Source: a virus
Lineage: Duplodnaviria > Caudoviricetes
Strand: one strand, 5' to 3'
Virus record (IMG/VR): IMGVR_UViG_3300025082_000009
Span: 1-58,667 of that record
Length of the DNA stretch: 58,667 bases
Under the pieces are notes generated by a model. That model made no database searches, had not been told where the DNA came from, and saw only the letters and a program-made list of their open reading frames with translations. Below are positions 29,301 to 38,285 of the stretch, piece after piece (within the stretch, counting starts at the first letter, position 1; every line of letters begins with the position of its first letter). The position numbers and the translations under genes are program-made.

Positions 29301-31398
29301 CCTTGCGCCATCACATTTTGATAAGAAGGCTGAAGACGAGGACCACGAAAAGTGGGCAGAAGAACTGCGCTATTTCCGCTATCAGGGCCCCGACGATGAC
29401 GGAGAGATGTGGTTTACGCTCTTCCACGATTCAGGAGCCGAGCGCTTCCAGACAACGGACGTTATCGTGCCCTTTGGCTTGGTCGCGACTCGTGGCCAGG
29501 GGCGGATGGTTACCACTGATGTTGCTGCCATAATTGGCGGCACCGTCGACCGTGATGGTGCCAGAACGCAACACGTAAAGCACACAGGACAAGCCAAGAG
29601 AGCTTTGGCAGCCGAACTTCGCAGACTCGAAGCAGAAGCAAACGCTTATGTTGCCCGCCAAATGAACTTTGACTTCGGAGATCCTAAATACGACAAACCT
29701 GAAGATGCGTTTGGAATCGACATGGCGAAAACAGTGGTCTTTGCAACCTATCTCGTTGAGAACGACAGTTTGTTATCTCCCGAACAGCGCGCCCGATTAA
29801 AGAACGACAAAGATCGCTACCTTGGCTTTGGTATGAAGATTACTGTCAAAGCAGTTGACACAGAAAAAGAAATCGAGGGTGCTTTTAAGTTTGTTGAGTA
29901 CATCGACAAGAACATGGATAGAGTAAAGCTAGCCTTTGAGACAATTTACAAGGAATCCATCGAAGAGTACGAGGAGCAGCGAAAGAAAGTCCTGCAAGCA
30001 CGCTCGTCCAGAGGCACAATGAGCCAATACATTAACGCTCTCGACACTTACATCCGCAACGTAGGACCTCCAGAATGGGATTCCAGAGAACACCACCGCT
30101 GGATTCAGCGGCTAGCTTCGTCAATGGCGTTTGTTGAGTGGACAGATGATGCGTTCGATCACATGCGCGCATACGAAAAGCGCGCTTGGATAGAGAACTT
30201 CCTAGGTCCCCTTCAAGCCGGCAACGAAATGGCGTACGAGTTCTCACCAGATCGTGAAGCGGGCACACCCCGAAACTTTGGGGAAGCGGTCAGGGCCCAG
30301 CTAGCAGAAATGGGAGCATCACACGACCAAATAAACTCTTACACATGGGAAGGCCCAAAAACATACCCAGAGATTTATGACAAGATAGTAAATCCCTCCC
30401 AAAAACCAGAAATAGAAGCACCCTCACCCGATGAGGTTGCACAAGCGAGGTCAATTATGGCACAAGGCGACAGAATAGATCCAGACGCACAACTTGAAGA
30501 ACAGATCATGAGAATGGAGAACCTGCTAGCCGATCCTGCCACTCTTCCTGCTTCAACAGATAGAGCTACTTCCGAAGAAAGTCTTGAGGAGATGATCGAG
30601 CGCGCCGCATTTGACAGTCTTCTTGGCGAAGCTGATGCCGCTTATGATCTTCGTATCTATAGAATAACTGTAGGTTGCAATATTAGCGACGAACTTGGCG
30701 GCTCCGAGGCAGAAACTGCGGCAGAGATCCGTGGGATTGCTGGCGTTACCACCGTACGCCCCGTGGCAGACCTCAAGAGGCGTATTACGACTCAAAACGA
30801 GTATATCCCCTTTGAAATCAAATTCGAGCTTGTAGGGGCAGTCAGCCGGGTACAATACCGTGATGAAGTTCTGATGCCCGGCATGCGTCGGATTAAAGGA
30901 TTGAACGTGGTCGACTGGACTTCCATTCACAGAACAAATGTACAAGGAACTATTCATACAGTGCGTGAGAATGCTAGCAGCATGGGCGGCAATTTCGGCG
31001 GACTTGGTGGTATGGTGGGCGCTCAAATGGGAAAAAGATATCCAGCCCCCGAACGCGTAACTCCCACCCCAACTATTGACGATTTGATTGCTGATTGGGC
31101 AGAAGGTGGAGTTCAAATGTATGATCATCCGACAGATACGACCAACATGGCCTTCCACGTAATGATGCCAGTTAAGGAACTTTGGTCTTATTGTGCTACA
31201 TACTATAGGGGGGATAAAGTTTCTTTTGATGGAAATTATCAAGATTTTATAGCAAATGGTGCCCAAAACCCTGTATATCTAGCAATTGGCAAGAATGGCA
31301 GAGCAAAGGTTACGGGAAATGAGGACATTATTTGGTTTGCTAAGAAGTCTGGGCTAGAAGAAATTCCAGTATTTATTAGTTATCAAAGGCAAGTATAA
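26380..31398 (+). CDS. Giant (1672 aa) multidomain hypothetical protein, possibly virion-internal
   Basis: GGAGG SD; internal ~111-aa duplication; ParB/Srx-like C-terminus. Confidence 0.8.
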   Translation: MSYSTDKWFRYLRTEASRCTVQPTFDQESEEVNNRVAALLERTELLDEISRQEADNVMDWFDDDYTMLSFDDLFKGKLRRAVPLQSEDAKKLLEVVNRLKAEGWKVPENPEDAAYHKRKFPVKTVKQKERRRVGELPAGFGEVNPETNPDPRPVEEYEVDTEVADLRLTKTRTITIPKGPRAGETVEKKDETTMSRAILKNKSIPIELQDWWRKRQVYYTKEGQWKQIEQFFKGDVDKDELGMMAILSRHPLDVLRMSDIDKIRSCHSEGASEFHCAIAESRGHGPIAYLVSPQQYEKLMDGDLGEDPSVEEDMEFRKNLIGWLVKGEGASVRWTFEPPDEIKPFLNEDGVFSGKRYAREYFIPKYEKLFKGASPKYFGEHNLTPENVSAALAAIFRASNNEERKEMMPRFGYSYLTSKEHADDRRFRITMVDRLTHSEKFHQYGKKDFDNKWSQTALDGGEIDYEEYAKEHFIPKYSHSLGNISGFGPEWLTVKNVAAAAEAVHRFGDNSIAASPEDTMDKYGYKRPPTQPVGLSAEYADYERKKKEWDQKEEATTWLKQYYEKFPNVAARIASSNRAKKHDDVDQVIDGIQDSNSSAFTSLPTSVRKHLNDEWFIRAATAAVNKDNFSLNGLNLQPPQPPKAPEKKKITDISDFDDQEIFRDKHRGIEGIGARARVRLRKFVDDEEGIEFTVPEQRLYGLSVPGFLEAVRKWTWDEQKNLFTGPNGEVTLPNWNALTRHGGSYEDYRDGTILNNFFAEGGFPDEYRDGINVSHEYDEDEYENRQEEIFQETVDEVESIVRAWNGSFEACGLDAEVEEFNDWDDQNMEPSVTAWGSCRLSVRLPNAVSVKQEFQADLGDNSVPYFVVRFEEDYFEDGTASIVFPVSYHYKSPGTRDIEEILSRGEGEEEISWDLTMMQGEVYFNVEYSIPADYDHGNGPDVAESLGQWLHDEWDSKIDEIHEQVRKGLIEFEYLAPSHFDKKAEDEDHEKWAEELRYFRYQGPDDDGEMWFTLFHDSGAERFQTTDVIVPFGLVATRGQGRMVTTDVAAIIGGTVDRDGARTQHVKHTGQAKRALAAELRRLEAEANAYVARQMNFDFGDPKYDKPEDAFGIDMAKTVVFATYLVENDSLLSPEQRARLKNDKDRYLGFGMKITVKAVDTEKEIEGAFKFVEYIDKNMDRVKLAFETIYKESIEEYEEQRKKVLQARSSRGTMSQYINALDTYIRNVGPPEWDSREHHRWIQRLASSMAFVEWTDDAFDHMRAYEKRAWIENFLGPLQAGNEMAYEFSPDREAGTPRNFGEAVRAQLAEMGASHDQINSYTWEGPKTYPEIYDKIVNPSQKPEIEAPSPDEVAQARSIMAQGDRIDPDAQLEEQIMRMENLLADPATLPASTDRATSEESLEEMIERAAFDSLLGEADAAYDLRIYRITVGCNISDELGGSEAETAAEIRGIAGVTTVRPVADLKRRITTQNEYIPFEIKFELVGAVSRVQYRDEVLMPGMRRIKGLNVVDWTSIHRTNVQGTIHTVRENASSMGGNFGGLGGMVGAQMGKRYPAPERVTPTPTIDDLIADWAEGGVQMYDHPTDTTNMAFHVMMPVKELWSYCATYYRGDKVSFDGNYQDFIANGAQNPVYLAIGKNGRAKVTGNEDIIWFAKKSGLEEIPVFISYQRQV

Positions 31399-31407
31399 TG
31401 TTCATAC

Positions 31408-32187
31408 ATGAAAAAGGCAATTCATAAATTCGGTAACTTTCTTTTTCAAGTTGCTTGTGTTAGCGCACTGTGTTTTCTAGCGCGTTCCTCTGTCCTTAAA
31501 CAACACAGTTCAGCGGACATTCCTAGTTCTGGCGAGATTCGTTCCTCTGAAAACGTCGATAACTCCTCTCCGATGCACGATGCGGCGATGGCATCGCGTA
31601 TGAGCACGGTTAAGGTTCTTAGTGTATCTGCAAATTACAGTATTTCAACAGCTTCTGGGACATATGTCACATACAGAGGTAGGTATTTTATCCTCACAGT
31701 TGCCCATGGGGTTAATCCTGATTGTAGTTTCGTGCGATTTATGGCAGCTACCGGCACCGGCGAATTGGTGGAATGTAAACAGACCATTGAAATCAATCAG
31801 TATGTGGACTATGCAATTATAGAAGTAGATAAGATAGATGAACTAACGGCTGTGGATATTCACAAGCAAGTTCCGACTTCGCGCGAGTGGATCGATACGT
31901 TCGCGACCTTCAATGAATTGATTTATACAGGATACCCTAGCAACATAGGAGTCTCTACTTTTAGGGGCGAGGTAATATCTTATACGCATGATGATTTGGT
32001 TTATTTACACTCTTTTGCATGGCCAGGTGCATCTGGATCAGGAGTATTTAACGAAGCGGGACAACTAGTCGGACACATTATGGCCTTGGCGGTAGGCGAG
32101 ACTGAACACGGTGTTGATGTTTTAGAGGACATTGTGGTGGTTGTCCCACTATTTAGTATTAATTGGTCGATTATTTCGCACCGATAA
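31408..32187 (+). CDS. Trypsin-like serine protease with N-terminal signal/TM
   Basis: ILTVAHG, DYAII, GASGSGVF. Confidence 0.8.
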   Translation: MKKAIHKFGNFLFQVACVSALCFLARSSVLKQHSSADIPSSGEIRSSENVDNSSPMHDAAMASRMSTVKVLSVSANYSISTASGTYVTYRGRYFILTVAHGVNPDCSFVRFMAATGTGELVECKQTIEINQYVDYAIIEVDKIDELTAVDIHKQVPTSREWIDTFATFNELIYTGYPSNIGVSTFRGEVISYTHDDLVYLHSFAWPGASGSGVFNEAGQLVGHIMALAVGETEHGVDVLEDIVVVVPLFSINWSIISHR

Positions 32188-32201
32188 AGTGAGGTACAAA
32201 G

Positions 32202-32438
32202 ATGTCTAAAAAGAGTAAAAAGAAATTCTGCTTATCCACTCTCATCACTAAAGTTGAGAAAATGGACTTGACATGTGGAGAGATTCGTGATAATATAGCT
32301 AAGTTACGAGAGGCTCTTGGTGAGCCTGACGAGATTTGCCCCGATGAGGTCGAATCAGAGAAGGCCCTTAAGGGTATCCTTGAAGATATGGTCATGATGA
32401 GCATGGCGGAAAACACAACGGACAAAGGAGAGGCTTAA
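32202..32438 (+). CDS. Hypothetical protein
   Basis: GAGG SD. Confidence 0.55.
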   Translation: MSKKSKKKFCLSTLITKVEKMDLTCGEIRDNIAKLREALGEPDEICPDEVESEKALKGILEDMVMMSMAENTTDKGEA

Positions 32439-32788
32439 TGAGCGATTCTGAACAAGTTTCAGAGTTGGCGATTGAACCCGAAGATTTAAAACCCAAGAAG
32501 CCGAGCAATCGCGCTCCGCAGGGGATTAGAGCCTTCACGGTTTGTCGGCAGCGAGATGAAACAGGAGTATCTGGAGAGGGTGTTGTTATTGAAGGCGCAA
32601 CATTTGCTACGGGACACACCGTTATTCATTGGCTAACTCCTCCCCCGCGCGGCAGTATCGCGTTTTTTGATGCATTTGATGATTTTATTAAGATACATGT
32701 CGCCTCACATCCCGGAAATGGAACGATTATCACGTTTGAAGATGGTGAACAGACTATTTATGACGGAGAGAAAGCAGATGAGTTATAA
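32438..32788 (+). CDS. Hypothetical phage protein
   Basis: TAATG coupling; RDETGVSGEGVV motif. Confidence 0.6.
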   Translation: MSDSEQVSELAIEPEDLKPKKPSNRAPQGIRAFTVCRQRDETGVSGEGVVIEGATFATGHTVIHWLTPPPRGSIAFFDAFDDFIKIHVASHPGNGTIITFEDGEQTIYDGEKADEL

Positions 32789-33491
32789 ATTTACTATTGG
32801 TAGTGTGAAGCGCGGCGATATTCATTACGAAGAAGACGACGAACAAACATACATTGATTTTGACGATGACAAGATCGCGCTTAATGCCAATGGGGTAGTC
32901 TTGACCCTCGATGATAATCAGGCGGCGTGGACTGCCTGCAAGCTAGAGGGGGCCGCCCTGCACATTGACGAAGCCAACTTGTATCTCGACAACAATAAAG
33001 GAGTTCTGTGGGGCGATAGTTCCGTATTGGTACAAGGAAACGCAACACAGGAAACACTAAAACTTAAAGCTAATGCCACCACTTATTTTCATCTGGACGG
33101 GGACTCATCGCCAGGAAAAATAGGCATAGGCACCGAAAGTCCAGGATCTTTCCTACAAATCAGTGGTTCAACAGCGTTCAACATCACCCCGTTTTCTGAA
33201 AGTGTAACACTTGACTCAACTCATTTCACAGTAGTTGGCGACTGCAATAACGATAATGTAACATTTACACTCCCAGTCGCATCCGATACTATTGGCGGCC
33301 GCATATACGTCATCAAGCGCGTCGACTCGGGCGGAGGAGGGGGACACAACACCCTCACAATTGAGCGCAATGGAAAGACGATTGATGGCATGCCGAGCAA
33401 TTTAGAGATTGGCGGCGATGCAGGTTGCTACATTATACAGTGCGTTAACGCTACGTATGGTTGGATCATTTTAAGCAAGTATGTTGCATAG
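32778..33491 (+). CDS. Beta-rich structural / tail-fibre-like protein
   Basis: GKIGIGTESP, TFTLP, GRIYVIKRVD, TIDG; start ATG 32778 after GGAGAG. Confidence 0.55.
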   Translation: MSYKFTIGSVKRGDIHYEEDDEQTYIDFDDDKIALNANGVVLTLDDNQAAWTACKLEGAALHIDEANLYLDNNKGVLWGDSSVLVQGNATQETLKLKANATTYFHLDGDSSPGKIGIGTESPGSFLQISGSTAFNITPFSESVTLDSTHFTVVGDCNNDNVTFTLPVASDTIGGRIYVIKRVDSGGGGGHNTLTIERNGKTIDGMPSNLEIGGDAGCYIIQCVNATYGWIILSKYVA

Positions 33492-33502
33492 AGGAATAAC
33501 AA

Positions 33503-34399
33503 ATGGATAAATGGTGGAGATTGATAAGAGAGGACAAAGAGCCGACCTACAAGAAGCGCATCCGAAGTTACATTAAAGATCGCAACAGTCTTTTAAAGAA
33601 GGGTGGCCAAAAAAACACGCCACCTTATACCAAATCAATGGGATCTCATGTTACTTTCGACAAGCAACTAGAAGAAGAAATTGACATGGAGACTTTTGAA
33701 AAACACCCAGAGCTTGAGCCACACATTTTTCGTGGCGACGTAATGAAACCCAAGATTCGCAAGCGACTCTTGAAGATCGTGGAAGATTTCTTGGACGGAC
33801 TCAAGATAGAGGTCAACCCTTTAGATATTCGTTTAACTGGCTCTCTTGCAAACTTTAATTGGTCAAAATATTCTGATATCGATCTCCATATCATTGTTGA
33901 CTTCGCCCAGCTTGGAGAAAATGAAGAACTTGTGAAGGCTTATTTTAATGCTGCGCGCATGAACTGGAACAATAAACATGATATTAAAGTTCACGGGTAC
34001 GAAGTTGAAATTTATGTGGAAGACGCACACGAAGAGCATGTAGCTTCTGGGCTCTACTCGTTGACTGACCAGCAGTGGCTTCAGGAGCCAGATCCCGCAC
34101 AAGTGGAGATTGATCATGCAACAGTCCACAAGAAAAGTGATGATATTCTATCACAGATTAATTTGATCGAGAGATTCGCTCTTCAAAAGCCCAAATCAGC
34201 AAAGAAGAGCATCGATAGATTAAAGGCGAAAATCCGCAGGTTGAGACGCGCCGGATTAAAGAGCGAAAAGGCAGAGTTTTCCGCTGAAAATATTGCATTT
34301 AAAATCTTGCGCAGAGAGGGTGCCCTTGATAGGCTTGAGGATATGAAGAATAACGTATATGATGTTCTGATGTCTATGGAGGATAAGGGTGAAGTTTAA
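33503..34399 (+). CDS. Pol-beta-superfamily nucleotidyltransferase
   Basis: LTGSLANFNWSKYSDIDLHI and downstream VEIYVED. Confidence 0.75.
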   Translation: MDKWWRLIREDKEPTYKKRIRSYIKDRNSLLKKGGQKNTPPYTKSMGSHVTFDKQLEEEIDMETFEKHPELEPHIFRGDVMKPKIRKRLLKIVEDFLDGLKIEVNPLDIRLTGSLANFNWSKYSDIDLHIIVDFAQLGENEELVKAYFNAARMNWNNKHDIKVHGYEVEIYVEDAHEEHVASGLYSLTDQQWLQEPDPAQVEIDHATVHKKSDDILSQINLIERFALQKPKSAKKSIDRLKAKIRRLRRAGLKSEKAEFSAENIAFKILRREGALDRLEDMKNNVYDVLMSMEDKGEV

Positions 34400-34631
34400 A
34401 GATATCAAAGAAGAAGACACTGTTTATCCTGGTGAGTACCTCTTACATAAGCCCTCTCATCAGATTGTGGTGTGTGGTGCGTATATGAAAACTAAAGATA
34501 AGATCAAAGCTCTAGCTAATGGTCGTCTCCTTATTGATAACATAGCAGAGTTTCAGAAGCTCAATGTTACCAAGGAAGATTACGCCAATAAACTTAAAAT
34601 TTCTCGTTGTAAGGGATGCTCTTCAAAATAA
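34389..34631 (+). CDS. Hypothetical protein
   Basis: GGAGG SD, overlap. Confidence 0.55.
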   Translation: MKFKDIKEEDTVYPGEYLLHKPSHQIVVCGAYMKTKDKIKALANGRLLIDNIAEFQKLNVTKEDYANKLKISRCKGCSSK

Positions 34632-34661
34632 GCCTATTTATTATAAGTCTAGGGATATTAA

Positions 34662-34934
34662 GTGAAACAAAAAGAGCATGACCCCAATAAGCCGATCGGA
34701 CCCTTCAAAGAAGCGAAGGATGGAGCCTATCGTTTTGGATTAAATCTCATGTATGCAGCCGCGCTAGAGGAGTCTTTGCGGCTTTTAGAGGATATGCAGA
34801 AAGAATATGAAGAAGCTGTGGCTTGCAACGACTATGAGATGGCTCGCGCCAAAAAGGAAGAACTGGACTACTGCTTGAGTTGTTTGGAGGTGGGCAGTAT
34901 TGTGGCTGCCAGCGTGGGCGGCCGCAGCGAATGA
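34662..34934 (+). CDS. Hypothetical protein (UVR-like helical hairpin)
   Basis: EEAVACNDYEMARAKKEE. Confidence 0.5.
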   Translation: MKQKEHDPNKPIGPFKEAKDGAYRFGLNLMYAAALEESLRLLEDMQKEYEEAVACNDYEMARAKKEELDYCLSCLEVGSIVAASVGGRSE

Positions 34935-35194
34935 CGAAAATCTATATCTATTGTCTCTTTGATAGGTTTGATCGGTTTCTTGGTGTCTACTCCTCCTTGA
35001 AGTCTATCCACCGCGATGCTCTTCGGTATTGTAACACTGGCAACTCAAATGTTATTTTGTTCGTCGATAACCAACCACATGTGGCCACTCTTGTCAATTT
35101 GAGAAACCTATTCAAGGGAAAATGTGATCATGAGATACAGTATCGTAGCGACACTCGTGGTGTAAAAGTGTTAAAAACGAAACTGACCGAATAG
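34931..35194 (+). CDS. Hypothetical protein
   Basis: ATGA overlap at 34931. Confidence 0.55.
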   Translation: MTKIYIYCLFDRFDRFLGVYSSLKSIHRDALRYCNTGNSNVILFVDNQPHVATLVNLRNLFKGKCDHEIQYRSDTRGVKVLKTKLTE

Positions 35195-35201
35195 TTACTA
35201 T

Positions 35202-35426
35202 GTGTTAAAAAAAGGTCAATTGGTGCGGTGGGTGGTTGACTATCGCGCATTTGAAGCGTATGATGATAGTAATGTGGTCCGAGGAATAGACCCCATTTAT
35301 AAATACGGGATAATAATGGAAGTGGGAAGTGATAATCAATCCGCTGCTGTGTGTTGCTATGAGAAACACGACGGTTGTTGGGTTATTTTAAATTTAATTC
35401 ATGACAATTTAGAGGTTTTAAGCTAA
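35202..35426 (+). CDS. KOW/SH3-like small protein
   Basis: KKGQLVRW..YGIIME..LEVLS. Confidence 0.6.
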   Translation: MLKKGQLVRWVVDYRAFEAYDDSNVVRGIDPIYKYGIIMEVGSDNQSAAVCCYEKHDGCWVILNLIHDNLEVLS

Positions 35427-35794
35427 TGATTCAGCAAGGAGATTTGGTAAATCTTTACCGTCGCGCTAACTCTGGTGTTGGCATCGTCCTAGAGCAAATA
35501 GATGATACGTCAAAAGTACTAAAGATACCAGATGGTAGACAATTTACTGCCAATGTCCGCGACATGCATTGGAATACACGCGCACAGGTAATTGCAGAAG
35601 TAGTGTCGCTCACAGACAAACCCCGCCTTGGTTCTAGGTTCTTTTATTATAATTCGCAGTGGTGCAAGAAGTACAAGAATAGTTTTAGTTTTGTGAGGTG
35701 GTTTAAGTCTCCTTCTGCATATGGAGCAATAGAGACACAAAAAGATGGATGGTATCCCACCGAATGGCTAAAAACTATTAAAAAATCAACTTGA
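35426..35794 (+). CDS. KOW/SH3-like protein with insertion
   Basis: QQGDLVNL..GVGIVLE..VRWF..WLK. Confidence 0.6.
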   Translation: MIQQGDLVNLYRRANSGVGIVLEQIDDTSKVLKIPDGRQFTANVRDMHWNTRAQVIAEVVSLTDKPRLGSRFFYYNSQWCKKYKNSFSFVRWFKSPSAYGAIETQKDGWYPTEWLKTIKKST

Positions 35795-35819
35795 CTTACC
35801 TATGTATTTATGATAGGAT
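35791..35819 (+). promoter_or_regulatory. sigma70-type promoter, possibly leaderless for 35826
   Basis: TTGACT-17 nt-TAGGAT; ATG 7 nt downstream. Confidence 0.55.
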
Positions 35820-35825
35820 AAAATC

Positions 35826-36458
35826 ATGGATACAACAATTAAAAATATTGAAGCGTCTTTATCTCGCGCTGTCTGTCAGGGCTGGGACAGAGGTTTCTTA
35901 ACTTCTATCCTAGGAACCCTCGAAGAGGGATCTCCGCTAACGACAAAGCAGTCTCAAACGCTTAAACAGGTGTTGAGCAGAAATACCGCTGAAGAAAATT
36001 CCTCCCACAAGAAATGGGCACCAGAGTTTCGCAATAAACATCAGAAGATTGCACTGGTCTTGGCTCACTATCACATAAGGAATCAATACTATAATGACAT
36101 GGCGCAAATTATCCTCGCAGGAGATATACCATTAAAGAAAAAATACATGAGAATGTACAATAATATATATTCACAGAAAATTATTAGAGAATTCGAGCGC
36201 CCTCCACGGCTGGAACTCGGCACTCATGTTTTGCCACGCGCCCGCTTTAATAAATTTAAACACGTAGAGCAAAGTTTTCTTGGTGACTACGAGAGTGAAA
36301 GAAAATCGATAGAGCGTTTTGTCAAAGATGGAGCTTTTATTGTCGGCGTTGAAGAATATATCATCTCCCCTGCGCGAGGCGCGAAGCGTTATCGGCTCTT
36401 ATCTCCTGGCTCTCAATGTGTTTTTTTGGTAGAAGAGCGTTTTTTGAAGCGAGTGTGA
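35826..36458 (+). CDS. Hypothetical protein, paralog of 52946..53788
   Basis: WDRGFLTSI, GAKRYRLL..LVEERFLK shared. Confidence 0.7.
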   Translation: MDTTIKNIEASLSRAVCQGWDRGFLTSILGTLEEGSPLTTKQSQTLKQVLSRNTAEENSSHKKWAPEFRNKHQKIALVLAHYHIRNQYYNDMAQIILAGDIPLKKKYMRMYNNIYSQKIIREFERPPRLELGTHVLPRARFNKFKHVEQSFLGDYESERKSIERFVKDGAFIVGVEEYIISPARGAKRYRLLSPGSQCVFLVEERFLKRV

Positions 36459-36479
36459 AAAACCCACATACTTATTTAT

Positions 36480-36725
36480 GTGGGACAGGGTGAAAAACAG
36501 CAATTAGCAATAGGCGATCTCGTCATAGGGCGATATGATTTGCAGTATTATAGTTATTTTTATGACGAGCTAACAGTAGTTGATTTTGTTGGGGTTATCA
36601 TTAAGCTCTCTGGGGATACCGATAATGATTTATCTGCTTTATTTGGGGGGCCATACTTTGAAGTTCGTTGCGTCGATGGGAGAAGCAGATTCTTTATCGA
36701 GAGTGAGTTAGAAAAAATCTCTTGA
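36480..36725 (+). CDS. KOW/SH3-like small protein
   Basis: IGDLVIG..VGVII..ELEKIS. Confidence 0.55.
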   Translation: MGQGEKQQLAIGDLVIGRYDLQYYSYFYDELTVVDFVGVIIKLSGDTDNDLSALFGGPYFEVRCVDGRSRFFIESELEKIS

Positions 36726-36750
36726 CAAGCTGGTTTAGAAATGTTATATT
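36722..36750 (+). promoter_or_regulatory. sigma70-type promoter
   Basis: TTGACA-17 nt-TATATT with extended TG. Confidence 0.7.
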
Positions 36751-36797
36751 AAGAAGGTTGCTAAAAGTTAATCACAACAAAGAGATAGAGAAGATTT

Positions 36798-37028
36798 ATG
36801 AAAGTCGGAGAAGTTTATACATGGCTCGATCAGGGCCCCGTCATCCTATTGGAGAGGGTCGCCATCCCCGACCCTATCACAATAGAAGAATTGGAAGAGG
36901 AATATGGCTCTATAGAGGAGTTGATTGCCACAGCAGATTGGCCCACCGATGCGGGATGGAAGGTAAAACTCCTTGTAACCAACGAAGTTTTAGATGTGCA
37001 TGAAGAAACACTAAGAGTAATATCATGA
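36798..37028 (+). CDS. MKVG-type small protein
   Basis: ATGAAAGTCGGA start; ends LRVIS. Confidence 0.6.
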   Translation: MKVGEVYTWLDQGPVILLERVAIPDPITIEELEEEYGSIEELIATADWPTDAGWKVKLLVTNEVLDVHEETLRVIS

Positions 37029-37246
37029 GAATAGGCTTGTTAACTGCGCTCTTGTTGGGGGAAGTGCTGGCGATCCACGAAACTAGCGCGGAGGTAATGA
37101 TAGGCGATCAACAAGAAGGAGAAAACATCAGATATGTCAACAAATTGTTAAGTCTAGATGAGTTCCCTTGCAATCCTTATCCAAATATGCTATTCTATTA
37201 TACAGAGCGTGACGAACTTCGTTGCGGTGAACCAGAACCAAACTAG
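37025..37246 (+). CDS. Hypothetical protein
   Basis: ATGA overlap. Confidence 0.5.
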   Translation: MRIGLLTALLLGEVLAIHETSAEVMIGDQQEGENIRYVNKLLSLDEFPCNPYPNMLFYYTERDELRCGEPEPN

Positions 37247-37256
37247 AGGAGATATT

Positions 37257-37499
37257 TTGATTTATACAGCGATCTTTGCCCAAGAAGACGGGAGATATGC
37301 GTACAACTTGTTCGACGCGCCAAACGGGTTTAATGCCGCTTGGAGCGCGATAGAGCGAGAGGTGAATAAGCAGGAGATAGCTATGTCGTTGGTGGCGATA
37401 GTACCTGGAAATCAGCAAATAGGCTTTCGGGACAACTTTGTTAACGGGCCATCACCCTTTCAGCAGCCACGCGCTCCAAAGGCGTGGGTGGCACGATAG
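37257..37499 (+). CDS. Hypothetical protein
   Basis: GAGGAG SD before TTG 37257. Confidence 0.5.
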   Translation: MIYTAIFAQEDGRYAYNLFDAPNGFNAAWSAIEREVNKQEIAMSLVAIVPGNQQIGFRDNFVNGPSPFQQPRAPKAWVAR

Positions 37500-37745
37500 G
37501 TGCAAATCGGTGACATGGTGCGGATACGCCGTCGGAAGATGGTAGGAGAGGCGTGGGAGCCCCCACACTACGAAGAGTGGTGGGAGGCTGGCGGCATTGT
37601 CGTCAAGGAGTACCATACTTGGGAGAAGATAGTGACCATCGTTTTCAAAGGCGAGGAGATGAGACTAGCCGCCAACGACGTACAGCTTGTGAGTCGCCCC
37701 GCCAGAAGATGTCAACAGAGTGTCAAGAGTAAAAAAACTTATTGA
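37500..37745 (+). CDS. KOW/SH3-like small protein
   Basis: MQIGDMVRI..GGIVVK..VQLVS. Confidence 0.6.
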   Translation: MQIGDMVRIRRRKMVGEAWEPPHYEEWWEAGGIVVKEYHTWEKIVTIVFKGEEMRLAANDVQLVSRPARRCQQSVKSKKTY

Positions 37746-37770
37746 CTTTGAGTCCAAGGTATAGTACAAT
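37742..37770 (+). promoter_or_regulatory. sigma70-type promoter for the tRNA pair
   Basis: TTGACT-17 nt-TACAAT. Confidence 0.75.
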
Positions 37771-37789
37771 GGCTAAACTAAAACATCAT

Positions 37790-37866
37790 GCCTCGGTAGC
37801 TCAATTGGACAGAGCAACGGCCTTCTAAGCCGTAGGTCACAGGTTCGAGTCCTGTTCGAGGTGCCA
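37790..37866 (+). tRNA. tRNA-Arg (anticodon UCU)
   Basis: Acceptor GCCTCGG/TCGAGGT, anticodon arm ACGGC-CTTCTAA-GCCGT, GGTTCGAG T-loop, encoded CCA. Confidence 0.95.
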
Positions 37867-37942
37867 CATTACTTTTAGGAAGGTATTTCATCAGGACATA
37901 AATAGCAATAGCTAGACGCTATAACACTAACCCCAACAAGAT

Positions 37943-38018
37943 ACGCGCGTAGCTCAGGGGTTAGAGCGTTGTTCTTATAAAGCAAATGCCGTGGGTTCAA
38001 TTCCCGCCGCGCGTACCA
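37943..38018 (+). tRNA. tRNA-Ile (anticodon UAU)
   Basis: Acceptor ACGCGCG/CGCGCGT, anticodon arm TTGTT-CTTATAA-AGCAA, GGTTCAA T-loop, ACCA end. Confidence 0.9.
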
Positions 38019-38047
38019 CTTACCACAACAAGAGAGAAACAACAAAA

Positions 38048-38284
38048 ATGGAAAGAACTAAATTTACACCTGCTAACGTATTACGAGCGTTGCGCTATAT
38101 GTCATTTATGACAGTGACTATGGGATCGCTAATGTATTTCCTTGCGTGGGGTTGGGAAAATGTAGACGAGAAAACACAGCTATCGACGTACCTGCTTATG
38201 TCATCGCTTCTTTTCTTGCCGCACCTTATCGACGTATACGATTGGTTATTGAAAAAATGTTCACCACAACAAGGGGAGGAATAA
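38048..38284 (+). CDS. 2-TM membrane protein
   Basis: Start moved to ATG 38048 (track start lies inside the tRNA); two hydrophobic helices. Confidence 0.6.
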   Translation: MERTKFTPANVLRALRYMSFMTVTMGSLMYFLAWGWENVDEKTQLSTYLLMSSLLFLPHLIDVYDWLLKKCSPQQGEE

Positions 38285-38285
38285 A

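Noticed and set aside
37991-38047. ORF-track start at 37991
   Set aside because: Overlaps tRNA-Ile; ATG 38048 is the plausible start.
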